Below are positions 8,531 through 21,757 of a stretch of DNA of 64,000 nucleotides, one piece after another. This DNA is from Planctomycetota bacterium (lineage in GTDB: Bacteria > Planctomycetota > B15-G4), in assembly GCA_038212275.1 (NCBI GenBank), contig JBBQUR010000008.1, forward strand, positions 1-64,000, given 5' to 3'. The notes beneath the pieces are model-generated. The model did no database searches and had not been told where the DNA came from. It saw nothing but the letters and a program-made list of their open reading frames with translations. A program made the translations under genes and the position numbers. Position 1 is the stretch's first letter, and the number at the start of each line of letters is the position of its first letter.

Positions 8531-9945
8531 AGCTCCGTGTAGCTCTGCGCCACCTTGCGGATGGCGACGACGAAGGCCGCCGTGCGCAGATCGCGGATGG
8601 TCGCGTCCTGCTCCCGCGCCAGGCGCATCTCGGCGAAGGCGTCGATCATCGTGGACTCGAGTCCCGAGCGCACGAGGTCCTGCTCGGACGGCCCCGCACC
8701 GAGCCCGGCGCGCTTCTCCGGCGGGATCAGCTTGCCGGTCGCGTACTCGATGAGATTGAGCTGGCGCTGCTCGCGCCCCGTCTCGAAGCGCTGGCCCATG
8801 CGACCGAAGCGCATGTGGCTGATGTTCTTGGTCCACTCGAAGTAGCTGACCGTCACGCCGCCGGCGTTCGCGTAGATGTCGGGCACGATGGTCACGCCCT
8901 TCTTCACGAGGATGTCGTCGGCGCCGGGCGTCGTCGGGCCGTTCGCGCCCTCGACGATGAGCTTCGCGCGCACCCTGGCGGCGTTGGCCATCGTGATCTG
9001 GTTCTCGAGCGCGGCGGGAACGAGCACGTCGCAGTCCGTCTCGAGGCTGTCGAGACTGGAGGGGAGCTCGCGACAGCCATGGCCGAAGCCCTGGATGTAG
9101 CCGGTCTTGCTTCGGTGCTCCCAGAGCGCGTCGATGTCGATGCCCTCGGGGTTGTAGATGCTGCCGTTGTATTCGCCGATGGCGACGATCTTCGCCTTGC
9201 CCTCGTGCTGCAGGATGTGCGCGGCGTGGTAACCGACGTTGCCGAAGCCCTGCACCGCGACGCGCTGCCCCTCGGTACCCGTCTGGAGGCCGAGGCGCTT
9301 GCAGTCGGCCTCGTCGGAGAGCGCCTCGCGCGTCGCGTAGTAGACGCCGCGCCCCGTCGCTTCGCGCCGGCCCGCGATGCCGCCCTGCGACACGGGCTTG
9401 CCCGTCACGCAGGCCATCGCGTTCAACTCGTCGTGATGGATCGCGCCGTAGGTGTCGGCGATCCACGCCATCTCGCGCTCGCCCGTGCCCATGTCCGGCG
9501 CCGGCACGTTGATGCCCGGGCCGATGAAGCCCTTGTGCGCCAGCTCGAAGGTGTAGCGGCGCGTGATGCGCTCCAGCACGTCCACCGGCGTGCGCCACGG
9601 ATCCACCTTCACCGCGCCCTTGCTGCCGCCGAAGGGCACGTTCACGAGCGCGCACTTGTAGGTCATGAGCGCGGCGAGGGCCATGACCTCGCTCTCGTCC
9701 ACGTGCAGGCTGTAGCGGATGCCGCCCTTGAGCGGCTTGCGGTGATGACTGTGCTCCGCGCGCCAGCCCTGGAAAATCTGCAGGCCGCCGTCCACCTTCA
9801 CCGGAAACTGGAATGTGTAGAGGTTGTTGCAGGCCTTGATCTGCGCCAGCAAGCCCTCGTCATGCGGCAGGTGCTTCGCCGCGCGGTCGAACTGGTCCGA
9901 GACGATGTGGTTGAAGTTCAGATCTTCGCTCGGCGAATGGCTCAT
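8515..9945 (-). CDS. gdhA: Glu/Leu/Phe/Val dehydrogenase (glutamate dehydrogenase)
   Basis: KGGIRY, MTYKCA, VPFGGSKG, VPAPDMGT, GREATGRG-like, VQGFGNVG, EGANGP, ANAGGVTVSYFEW. Confidence 0.95.
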   Translation of the reverse strand: MSHSPSEDLNFNHIVSDQFDRAAKHLPHDEGLLAQIKACNNLYTFQFPVKVDGGLQIFQGWRAEHSHHRKPLKGGIRYSLHVDESEVMALAALMTYKCALVNVPFGGSKGAVKVDPWRTPVDVLERITRRYTFELAHKGFIGPGINVPAPDMGTGEREMAWIADTYGAIHHDELNAMACVTGKPVSQGGIAGRREATGRGVYYATREALSDEADCKRLGLQTGTEGQRVAVQGFGNVGYHAAHILQHEGKAKIVAIGEYNGSIYNPEGIDIDALWEHRSKTGYIQGFGHGCRELPSSLDSLETDCDVLVPAALENQITMANAARVRAKLIVEGANGPTTPGADDILVKKGVTIVPDIYANAGGVTVSYFEWTKNISHMRFGRMGQRFETGREQRQLNLIEYATGKLIPPEKRAGLGAGPSEQDLVRSGLESTMIDAFAEMRLAREQDATIRDLRTAAFVVAIRKVAQSYTELGIFP

Positions 9946-10163
9946 GAACGCGTGCTCCGGTGGCTCGGTGAAAAGAGGTCGCGGATTCTAGCCGCGCTGC
10001 CGCCGGAAACGACCCGTCAATGCGCCCCCGGCCGCGACCATCGGCCTGGCTTCGACCTCGATCGGCGGTCCCGGGCGCTGCCGGCCGGACGGCGGCCCGC
10101 CCTCGTGCTGCGCCGGCACGGCACGTTGAGTCGCACGCGCCACAGGCTACGATCCGGCGCACC

Positions 10164-11339
10164 ATGCAATTCCAGGAATACTACGAGGTGCTCGGCGTCC
10201 CGCGTAAGGCGAGCGCCGACGACATCAAGAAGGCCTATCGCAAGCTTGCCTTGAAGTGGCACCCGGATCGCCACAAGGGCAAGGCTCAGGCGGCCGCCGA
10301 AGCGCGCTTCAAGCAGATCAGCGAAGCCTACGAAGTGCTCTCCGACGGCGAGAAGCGGTCCAAGTACGACCGCTTCGGCGAGCACTGGAAGCACGGCCAG
10401 GAATTCGCGCCGCCCGGCGGCGGCGCAGGCGACGCGCGCGGCTCCGGCAGGCCGGGAGGCGCCGGCGCGGGCCGCACGCTGACGCCGGAGGAATTCGCGC
10501 GCATGTTCGGTGGCGCCGGGCGGCGCGGCCCCGGCGCTGGCGCCGGAGGCTTTCCGGGCAACGGCGCCCCGGGCGCCGGCGGCGGCTTTTCCGATTTCTT
10601 CAGCAGTCTTTTCGGCGACGAGTCCGGCGAGCCGGGGCCTGGCCGCGCTCGCGGCGGACGCGGCGCTCCCTCCGGCCCGCAGCGCGGCGCCGATGCACGC
10701 GCCGAATTGTCGCTGGCCGTGAGCGATGCGATCCGCGGCGGCAAGCGCAGCTTCGAGATCCCGGTGCGCACGACGTGCCAGCGTTGCGACGGCACCGGCT
10801 TCCTCGGCGAGCACGTCTGCCCCATCTGCGTCGGCGTCGGCACGCGGGCCGGCAGCAAGCACGTGGACCTCACCATCCCCGCCAGCGTGCGCGACGGCCT
10901 CACGCTGCGCCTGCGCGGACTCGGCGAGCCAGGCGAGCGCGGCGGCCAGAGCGGCGACCTCTACCTCACGCTGCGCCTCGAGGACGACGACATCTACCAT
11001 CTGCACGAGGGCGACCTCGTCGCCGACGTGCCGATCGCGCCGTGGGAGGCGCTGTCCGGCGCGCGCGTGGACGTCCGCACGCCGCACGGCGTCGCCACGC
11101 TGACGGTTCCGCCGAACACGCGGTCCGGCGCGCGGCTCCGGCTGCGCGGACAGGGCCTGGCCGACGCGACCGGCGGGCGCGGCGACCTGCTGGCCGTGCT
11201 CCGCCACGCACTGCCGACGGAACTCTCTCCGCGCCAGCGCGAACTCATCGCGGAGCTGGGCCGCGCGGGCGGCGAAGGCGCCCCGGGCGTCACCGGCGGT
11301 GCGCGCGAACCAGGCCGCCCGCACGGAGGCGCGGCATGA
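10164..11339 (+). CDS. cbpA: DnaJ-class co-chaperone CbpA-like
   Basis: J domain with HPD, G/F-rich region, one zinc module ([16 protein letters not shown]), DnaJ C-terminal domain; followed by cbpM. Confidence 0.85.
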   Translation: MQFQEYYEVLGVPRKASADDIKKAYRKLALKWHPDRHKGKAQAAAEARFKQISEAYEVLSDGEKRSKYDRFGEHWKHGQEFAPPGGGAGDARGSGRPGGAGAGRTLTPEEFARMFGGAGRRGPGAGAGGFPGNGAPGAGGGFSDFFSSLFGDESGEPGPGRARGGRGAPSGPQRGADARAELSLAVSDAIRGGKRSFEIPVRTTCQRCDGTGFLGEHVCPICVGVGTRAGSKHVDLTIPASVRDGLTLRLRGLGEPGERGGQSGDLYLTLRLEDDDIYHLHEGDLVADVPIAPWEALSGARVDVRTPHGVATLTVPPNTRSGARLRLRGQGLADATGGRGDLLAVLRHALPTELSPRQRELIAELGRAGGEGAPGVTGGAREPGRPHGGAA

Positions 11340-11611
11340 AGGATCAGGCGGGAGAGTTCGAGGTCGTGCTGCACGGTGAGATCTTCATCACGCTCTCGGG
11401 CGTGGCCGCACGCTTCACGCTGCAGCGCACGTGGGTCCAGGAGGTCTACGACTTCGGTCTGCTCGGCGAAGGCGAACACGTCGGCGACGAGATCGCCATC
11501 GCCGCCGCGCTGCTCGATCGCGTGGCGAAGATCCGCCGCCTGCGCGACCAGCAGGGCGTGAACCTGCCCGGCATCGCAATCATCCTGGACCTGATGGAGG
11601 AACAGCCGTGA
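11336..11611 (+). CDS. cbpM: Chaperone modulator CbpM-like (MerR-like)
   Basis: ATGA overlap with cbp[21 protein letters not shown] motif. Confidence 0.8.
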   Translation: MKDQAGEFEVVLHGEIFITLSGVAARFTLQRTWVQEVYDFGLLGEGEHVGDEIAIAAALLDRVAKIRRLRDQQGVNLPGIAIILDLMEEQP

Positions 11612-12156
11612 CGGCCACACCGCCCCCGCAAGGCTCCGAGCCGCTGCCCGGGGCGGGCTCCGCGCCGGGCACGGAGCAGCCATCGCCCGGCACCGCGGGC
11701 CCATCGCTGCAGGAGCGTTACGCGCCGCACAATGCATGCTTCGGCTGCGGACCGGCCAACGAAAAGGGCCTGCGCATCCGCAGCTTCTCGGTCGGCGACG
11801 AGGTCGTCGCGCGCTGGAGCGCCGAGCCGCAGCACGAGGCCTTCCCCGGCATGGTCAACGGCGGCATCCTCGGCGCGCTGCTCGACTGCCACTCGAACTG
11901 GACAGCCGCTCATCACCTCATGCTGCAGGCCGGCGCCGCATCGCCGCCCTGCACCGTGACCGCCTACTTCAACGTGACGCTCAAGCGCCCGACGCCCAGC
12001 AATGCGGAGCTGCTGCTGCGCGCTCGCGTCGTCGAGAGCAGCTCGGACCGCGCGATCATCGACGCGACGATCGAAGCCCATGGCAAGGTCACTGCCACGT
12101 GCCGCGGCCTGTTCGTCGCCGTGAAGGAAGGGCACCCGGCCTACCACCGCTGGTAG
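11608..12156 (+). CDS. PaaI family thioesterase
   Basis: CFGCGPANEKGLRI, HEAFPGMVNGGILGALLDCH, AVKEGHPAYHRW; GTG start overlapping the cbpM stop. Confidence 0.85.
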   Translation: MTATPPPQGSEPLPGAGSAPGTEQPSPGTAGPSLQERYAPHNACFGCGPANEKGLRIRSFSVGDEVVARWSAEPQHEAFPGMVNGGILGALLDCHSNWTAAHHLMLQAGAASPPCTVTAYFNVTLKRPTPSNAELLLRARVVESSSDRAIIDATIEAHGKVTATCRGLFVAVKEGHPAYHRW

Positions 12157-12300
12157 CGGCCGCGCGGCGCCGCACGGAATCTCTTCCGCGTCGCCCAACA
12201 CGGCCCGAGATCGTCGCGTGCTCACCCGCGACGATCCGGCGTTTCTCGCCGGGCACCCTGGTGGTGCGGCGCGCTCGGATCGGCTTTTCGAGGAGTGAGC

Positions 12301-13089
12301 ATGCTTCCGCGACACATCGTTCCCGCAGCCTTCCTGGCTGCCAGCCTCTTTGCCGTTCCGTCCGTCGTTTCCGCACAGGCATCCGCGACGAAGCCGGCGC
12401 CGTCGACCACGACGCCTGCGACCGGGCAGAACGCCGCCACGCCGAAGGTCGCCGCACCTGCCGTCAAGGCGAAGGAGGCACCGGCCGAACACCCGAAGAT
12501 TCACATGACGCGCGGCGCCGAGGCCATCGCGGTGCCGGTCACCGGGCTCAGCAAGGAGACGTCGGCGCCGGTCATGACGGCACTGACCGGCCTTTCGGAG
12601 GGCTTCTACGAGTGCCCCGGCTGCAAGCACGAGCAGGCCGACGCCGGCCATTGCACAACCTGCGACAAGGATCTGGTCGCGCAGCACGCCTTGCTCCTGC
12701 GCGACGTCAGCGTCGATGCGACCAAGGGCAGCGTGAGCTTTCAGGTCGCGCCGCACCGCAGCCTGCACCTGCACGCGCTGACTCAGTCGCTGAGCACGGC
12801 GGGCGTCACGCTGACGCGCGACAAACTGACCACGAGCGAAGCCGGCAGCCTCGTCGTCACGGGCGTCACGGCGGATACGGCCGCGAAGCTCGTGACCGCA
12901 CTCCGCGACACCAGGCTCTTCGAGACTGTCAGCGGCCACTTCGACACCGCGAGCAGGGAGCTGGTGCTCACGATTCTCAACGGGCCCGTCTCACCCGCAC
13001 TGGCCCGCGTGGACGAGGCCCTCGCGAAGGCCGACCCCGCGGCCAGGCTCACCGACCTGGTCTGGAGCGGGCCGACAGTCGTCGGCTGA
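12301..13089 (+). CDS. Secreted protein with two HMA-like folds and an inserted CxxC..CxxC metal-binding motif
   Basis: Signal peptide ending VSA-Q; YECPGCKHEQADAGHCTTCDKDLV; AGGAG upstream. Confidence 0.65.
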   Translation: MLPRHIVPAAFLAASLFAVPSVVSAQASATKPAPSTTTPATGQNAATPKVAAPAVKAKEAPAEHPKIHMTRGAEAIAVPVTGLSKETSAPVMTALTGLSEGFYECPGCKHEQADAGHCTTCDKDLVAQHALLLRDVSVDATKGSVSFQVAPHRSLHLHALTQSLSTAGVTLTRDKLTTSEAGSLVVTGVTADTAAKLVTALRDTRLFETVSGHFDTASRELVLTILNGPVSPALARVDEALAKADPAARLTDLVWSGPTVVG

Positions 13090-13213
13090 GCCTTCCGAGC
13101 CATCGACGTGCACCCGCCCCGTGGCAAGTCTTTGCCACCGGACGGGTGCCGCTTGCTCGGCCGCGCCGCGCTCGCGCAGGCTGCTCGCCGTGCGCCCGGA
13201 GGCGCCTGGGTTC

Positions 13214-13441
13214 TCACGGAATCGGAGTCTCGGTGCCGTGCCGCTCCCAGCCGCCGGCGCCACCAGCGAACTTCCCGAGCCGCCACGACACGAGTGCCAC
13301 CGGAGCCAGGTAGAAGAGCGAGAAGCTGAACTCGATCCCGGTCAAGTGGTCCAGCACTCCGATGAACGCCAGCAGCAGCGCCGCCGCGGCGATCGCGAAT
13401 GAGAGGCTGGAGCGGTCGAGCCGCGCGAGCGGACGGCGCAT
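13214..13441 (-). pseudogene. Truncated membrane-sensor N-terminus (DUF4118-like, as in GGDEF/kinase sensors)
   Basis: IGVLDHLTGIEFSFSLFYLAPVALVSWRLG, then loss of similarity and a stop; no output domain. Confidence 0.55.
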
Positions 13442-13862
13442 CAGCTGGGTGGGCCTCGGGAGTCCCGGGAACCGCCTTGGATCAGGCCAAGGCACGTCGC
13501 CGATCGTCCACTTCGCGCACGCCGGTTCCACCGCTTCAGCGGCCAGCGCCTCGGCGGCCACAGCCTCCCCGGCCCGCGGCTGCGCCGAGCCAAAGTTGCC
13601 CGTTCCGGATCTCGCCCGAAAGTGAATGGGGGCCCATGAGCGTCGAGCCACTCACGACACTCATTTCCTGCTTCGACTCGGGATTCACAAGCAGCCGTCA
13701 ACTTTGGTTTGCGAGGGGGATCCCACAAATTCCCGAGGGGGAGTACAGTTTGCCCCGTTCCTGGGAACCACCGCAGCTGCGATCGACAAACGTCCGTGAC
13801 ATGGCCCCGAAAACCATCACGACGTTGATCAAGGCTGACCCCCAGCTGGAGCATGTCCTCAC

Positions 13863-15389
13863 CTGAAGCTTATTCCAATTCTCTCAAGTGCCATTGTCAT
13901 CGCGTGCGCGAGTTCGTTCGCATCCGCGCAGCAGGTCTCATCCACGGCGGAGTTCGGCGCTGCTTATCTCAAGCCTGCCGACGTCACGACCGTGCACGTC
14001 AACATCGATCAGGCGGCCGGGCCGATGTACTTCCTGCTCGTCTCCGCCAACAACTTCAAGACGCTGCCCCTCCTGCTGGGCCCGCTGCCCCTGGATGAAA
14101 ATGGCAGCGCGCAGCTCATCGCGGACATTCCGGCCGACGTCGAGATGATGCTGCCCGACATGTACAAGTTCAGCTTCCGGCCGCTGTTCCTCGACGGTCA
14201 CTACGTGAAGACGACGCAGGCCGCCTCCATCGTGATGAACGACGCCGGCTGCGAGCCGATCGACTTCGACTTCAAGGCCGGTGGCGCACCGACCGTCGCG
14301 GGCGAGCAGGTGCTCGAGCAGTGGGGCCCCATCGGCCTGCACATCACCTGCAACAGCCACCAGGTCTTCGAGCCGAACAAGTGCATCGTGTTCGACTCGA
14401 CCAACCCGTCGATCGCCGACCCCGACCTCATCACGCCCGGCTACGGCCCGGACAACGACACGTCCCTCGGCAAGCTGCTCATCATCGCGGAGAACGACGT
14501 CGACGCGAACAACGACGGCCTCGTCGATGTTCCCGACGACGCCTTCGACGGCGGCATCATCCACTTCAACTGGGATTCCGCGGTCGACCTCTGCTCGGTC
14601 ACCTTCGTGGACGTCGATGACGAGGATGGCCAGGGCATCACGCGCCTGCGCTTCTGGAGCGACAACGCCGGGACGGCTTTCCTCGGGTCGATCATCTGCC
14701 CGGAAGGCCCCGACAACAACGTGAAGACGCTGTACTTCAAGGTCGCGAACGTCCGCCGCATGGACATCGTCATGGGCGGCTCGGGCGCCATCGGTGCGGT
14801 GAGCTGGTGCCCGACCTGCATCAACTTCGACGAGACCGGCAAGGGCATCGCCCTGAACCTGCCGGCCGGCACCGAGATCAAGGAGCAGTTCGCCAACCTC
14901 GGCTTCCACGTGTCCGCGGTCAACCACGTCGCGACGCACCCGAACAAGGCGATCATCTTCGACTCGGCCAACCCGACCGGCAACGACGGTGACCTGATCA
15001 CGCCCGGCTACGGCGTCGGCAACAACGTTGCGGAAGGCAAGATCATCATCATCGCCGAGAACGACACCGACGCGAACAACGACGGTCTCGTCGACGATCC
15101 GAACGATGAAGCCTTCGGCGGCAACATGTTCTTCGACTTCGACTTCCCGGTGCTGATCAACGATCTCACCTTCATCGACGTCGACGGGCTCGAGGCGTCC
15201 TTCGTGCAGTGCATCAACCCGAGCAATCAGGTCGTCGGCACGGTGCCCCTCGCGAACCTGGGCGACAACTCGCGCCAGACCATCGCGATCTTCGTGCCCA
15301 ACGTGACCCGGTTGAAGGTTCACTTCGGCGGATCCGGCTCGGTGGCCGGCTTCTGCTTCTGCTCGAACCCGCCGGAGATCGGCAACTGA
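13863..15389 (+). CDS. Secreted protein with two tandem ~170-aa repeats carrying DxNxDG motifs; probable CTG start
   Basis: The frame of ORF 13992 extends to CTG 13863 giving (M)KLIPILSSAIVIACASSFASA-QQ; in-frame TGA at 13836; repeated PNKxIxFDSxNP..DxDLITPGYG..IIAENDxDANNDGLVD. Confidence 0.8.
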   Translation: MKLIPILSSAIVIACASSFASAQQVSSTAEFGAAYLKPADVTTVHVNIDQAAGPMYFLLVSANNFKTLPLLLGPLPLDENGSAQLIADIPADVEMMLPDMYKFSFRPLFLDGHYVKTTQAASIVMNDAGCEPIDFDFKAGGAPTVAGEQVLEQWGPIGLHITCNSHQVFEPNKCIVFDSTNPSIADPDLITPGYGPDNDTSLGKLLIIAENDVDANNDGLVDVPDDAFDGGIIHFNWDSAVDLCSVTFVDVDDEDGQGITRLRFWSDNAGTAFLGSIICPEGPDNNVKTLYFKVANVRRMDIVMGGSGAIGAVSWCPTCINFDETGKGIALNLPAGTEIKEQFANLGFHVSAVNHVATHPNKAIIFDSANPTGNDGDLITPGYGVGNNVAEGKIIIIAENDTDANNDGLVDDPNDEAFGGNMFFDFDFPVLINDLTFIDVDGLEASFVQCINPSNQVVGTVPLANLGDNSRQTIAIFVPNVTRLKVHFGGSGSVAGFCFCSNPPEIGN

Positions 15390-15421
15390 GGAGACCTGCA
15401 CCAGGCAGATCCTGACCCTTT

Positions 15422-15473
15422 GCAGCCCGGCCACGGCGAGTCCGCATCACGCGGTTCGCCGTGGCCGGGTTGC
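15422..15473. terminator. Long GC hairpin between convergent ORFs
   Basis: CCCGGCCACGGCGA...TCGCCGTGGCCGGG inverted repeat; no clear U-tract. Confidence 0.55.
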
Positions 15474-15559
15474 TTGAGTGACAGGCCTGGCGTGGGCGTC
15501 CGCGCCAGCGCCCGCGTCGCCTGCGCACGCCTCGACGGCCCGCGGGCCGGGAGGAGCCG

Positions 15560-15745
15560 TCAGTAACCCAGCGTGACGTGCAGGCCGTTGGTGATGGCCG
15601 ACGAGCGGTCCGATGCGCGCACGAGGAAGGCCTGCAGCGCGAAGCCCACACCGACGAGCGCTGGCTCCGACGGCACCGCGACGGACACCGTCGAGAAGCC
15701 GAAGCTGTCCGTGACGACCGGCGCCACGACGAAGCGCGTGGCCAT
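15560..15745 (-). pseudogene. Isolated half of the shared C-terminal module (61 aa), gene remnant or small protein
   Basis: TDSFGFSTVSVAVPSEPALVGVGFALQAFLV...ITNGLHVTLGY resembles the C-termini of 46757-48082 and 58638-60245; in-frame stop two codons upstream of the ATG. Confidence 0.5.
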
Positions 15746-15857
15746 TTCTCAAGAACACGCATGACTGCCTCCGTGTCGACCCGTTTCCGCGCTGGATGAT
15801 ACGGCCGCTCCCTCATTCCTGCCGCTGCGCCTGCTGCGCCTGCCGCAGCGGAACCAC

Positions 15858-16430
15858 TCAGCGCTCCAGTTCGCGCGCCAGCCAGGCGCGGGCGAGATTC
15901 CAGTCGCGGCGCACGGTGCGCTCCGAGATGTCCAGCGCCGCGGCGGTTTCCTCCAGCGAGAGGCCTGCGTAGAAGCGCAGGTGCACGATCTCCGCCATGC
16001 GCGGGTCGATCACCAGCAGCTTTTCCACTGCGGCGTCCACGGCCAGCACGTCGTCCTGGTCCGCGTCCGCAACGAGGTCCAGCAGGCTCAGCGGCACCTG
16101 ATGGCTCCCGCCGCCGCGCTTGCCCGCACCGCGCCGGCGAGCGTGCTCGATGAGGATGCGACGCATGGCGCGCGCGGCCGCACCGAAGAAGTGCGCCCGG
16201 TTCTCCCATGGAAGTGACGCATCACCGGCCAGGCGCAGGTAGGCCTCGTGCACGAGCGCCGTCGCATTGAGCGTGTGGTTGGCTCGCTCCTGCCGCAGTC
16301 GCTGCTGCGCGATGGCCCGGAGCTGCTCGTACACCAGGGGGAGCAACGCGTCGGACGGCTGAGCCCGGCCCGCAGAGACGTCCTGCAGAAGTCGGGTCAG
16401 GTGGCCTGCGTCCGGCGGTTGATCCCCCAC
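15858..16430 (-). CDS. ECF sigma-70 factor, TIGR02999 family
   Basis: LLPLVYEQLRAIA, HTLNATALVHEAYLRL, NRAHFFGAAARAMRRILIEHAR, TVRRDWNLARAWL; GTG start after GAGGTGA. Confidence 0.92.
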   Translation of the reverse strand: MGDQPPDAGHLTRLLQDVSAGRAQPSDALLPLVYEQLRAIAQQRLRQERANHTLNATALVHEAYLRLAGDASLPWENRAHFFGAAARAMRRILIEHARRRGAGKRGGGSHQVPLSLLDLVADADQDDVLAVDAAVEKLLVIDPRMAEIVHLRFYAGLSLEETAAALDISERTVRRDWNLARAWLARELER

Positions 16431-16703
16431 GGCATCACCTCTCAGGCTCTCATCCCTTGCTTCCACGATCCGGATTGTAGGACAGCCCGCGCCAGGGTCA
16501 CGACCGCGATCGCTTGTCGGGGGCGACCTCCGGGCGACCTCCGGGCGGCGGTCGCGCGGCGGTCGCGTCGCGAGCCTCATGCGCGAAGTGCGCACGGGCC
16601 CGGACATCGATTTCCGAACAATTCTCCAGCCGCTAGAATCCGCCCATGACCGAGGCCCCTCTGGTCGGGACGCCTCGCGGCTCCGCCCCTGATCGGGAGA
16701 TGC

Positions 16704-20252
<3,549 letters not shown>

Positions 20253-20291
20253 GCCGGCTCGACGCCCTTCGCCGTCGGCGACGACCGCCGC

Positions 20292-21614
20292 CTACGTCCG
20301 CTTCAGTCGTGACACCGCCAGGCGGTAGGCGAAGGCAACCAGTGCCGTGAACAGCACCAGCGCGCCGGCGGCGAGCGCGGCGCGGTCCACGATCGCGCGC
20401 GCGCTCGCCTCGGTGTCGACCAGCAGCGCGGGCGGTTGCGCGCGGTTCGACAGGCCATCGGCCTGCGTGAGCAGCACGCTCAGCGCCTTGGCCGTCTCGG
20501 TCAGCTTGTCTGCGACGCGGCCGTAGTCGTTGATGTCGAAGGGCGGACCGGCCTGACCCGGCGGTGTCGGCGCGGCGTTCGGATCGGGTTCGAAGGTGGC
20601 CATGACCTTCGTGAAGCCGTCGAAGGTGCCGGTGAGGGTGCTCCCCATCGCCTGCACCGCCTGCGCGGTCTTCTGCGAGGTCTCCAGCGTCGAGCTGGCC
20701 TCGCGCAGCGTCGCCTGAAGTTCCGACTGGGGCCTGGCCAGATCCTCCGCGAAGGTGGTGAGCTGCGTGCGCAGGGCCTCGGGCAGGGCCTTCGCCGTCG
20801 CGGCCAGGCTGTCGGCGCTCGTGCCGACCTGCGCCACGCCGGCGGTCATGGCCGCGAGATCGAAGCGCTCCTCGATCTCCATGAGCAGCAGCTGCGTGTT
20901 CCAGCGCATCTCGCTCGGCAGGTAGGCAAGTTCGGTGCGCGCGCGGCTGAACTCGTCCGAGAAGTTCTGCACGGCCAGGGCCGTGTCCGACAGCCCGCTG
21001 GTCGGGTTCAACGAGGACAGCGGAGCCTGGATGACCTCGAGCGGCTTGTGCAGGATCGCACTCAGCGATTCGCTCCACGAGCCGGCCGCCTCGGGCGTGG
21101 GCTGCAACCCTGCCCGGGTGACATTCCCCTCGACATACTCGTGGATCTCCTGCTCTGCCAGCGTGACCTGCTGCGGCGTCAACAGCGTACTGGCCAGATT
21201 CCGCGCCCGCTCCTCGATCTCCGTGGTGGCCGTCCGGGCGATCGATTGCTGGTCACCGAACGCGAGACTGTCAGTGGTCTCGAAGACCTGCCTCTGCGCT
21301 TCGCAGATCAGCCAGAGCTGGACCGCCGCGGCCTGGTTGTCCGCGATGAGCAGCGCCGCCTGCGCCGAGGGGATCGCACGCATCTTCCAATAGACCGTAT
21401 TGCGGGCGACGGAAGGATCATGGGTCAGCTGCGCGATCTCGTCCGCGGCACGCTCGACGCGCACCGAGAAATACTGGACGAAGCGGTTCAGCGCGATCCG
21501 GTCAGGTGTCGTGTCGTTGGCGATCGCGGTCTGGGGAGCGCGCGAGGCGCAGCTCGCGGCGATGGCCACGAGGAGCGTGCAGCCGAAGATGCTTCCGAGG
21601 TACCTGCCGCTCAT
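20292..21614 (-). CDS. Hypothetical helical lipoprotein with C-terminal TM anchor
   Basis: Lipobox AASC; RVERAADEI, YWKM, LPSEMRWNTQLL, FDINDY; C-terminal hydrophobic helix plus basic tail. Confidence 0.7.
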   Translation of the reverse strand: MSGRYLGSIFGCTLLVAIAASCASRAPQTAIANDTTPDRIALNRFVQYFSVRVERAADEIAQLTHDPSVARNTVYWKMRAIPSAQAALLIADNQAAAVQLWLICEAQRQVFETTDSLAFGDQQSIARTATTEIEERARNLASTLLTPQQVTLAEQEIHEYVEGNVTRAGLQPTPEAAGSWSESLSAILHKPLEVIQAPLSSLNPTSGLSDTALAVQNFSDEFSRARTELAYLPSEMRWNTQLLLMEIEERFDLAAMTAGVAQVGTSADSLAATAKALPEALRTQLTTFAEDLARPQSELQATLREASSTLETSQKTAQAVQAMGSTLTGTFDGFTKVMATFEPDPNAAPTPPGQAGPPFDINDYGRVADKLTETAKALSVLLTQADGLSNRAQPPALLVDTEASARAIVDRAALAAGALVLFTALVAFAYRLAVSRLKRT

Positions 21615-21757
21615 GCGTGTTCCTTGCTTCCGCGAGAGTCGTGGATCCGGGCGGACATGGTGCCTTCCAGGTCGTCACAGCGTCCACTGCAGCGCCTGCT
21701 CCCGGCGCGCGAGGCCCGCCGCACGACGGCGTGATCGCCGCGTGCCGCGCCCGCCGA

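Noticed and set aside
10164..11339. Canonical dnaJ
   Set aside because: Only two CxxCxGxG motifs and a coupled cbpM, which fits CbpA/DnaJ2 better.
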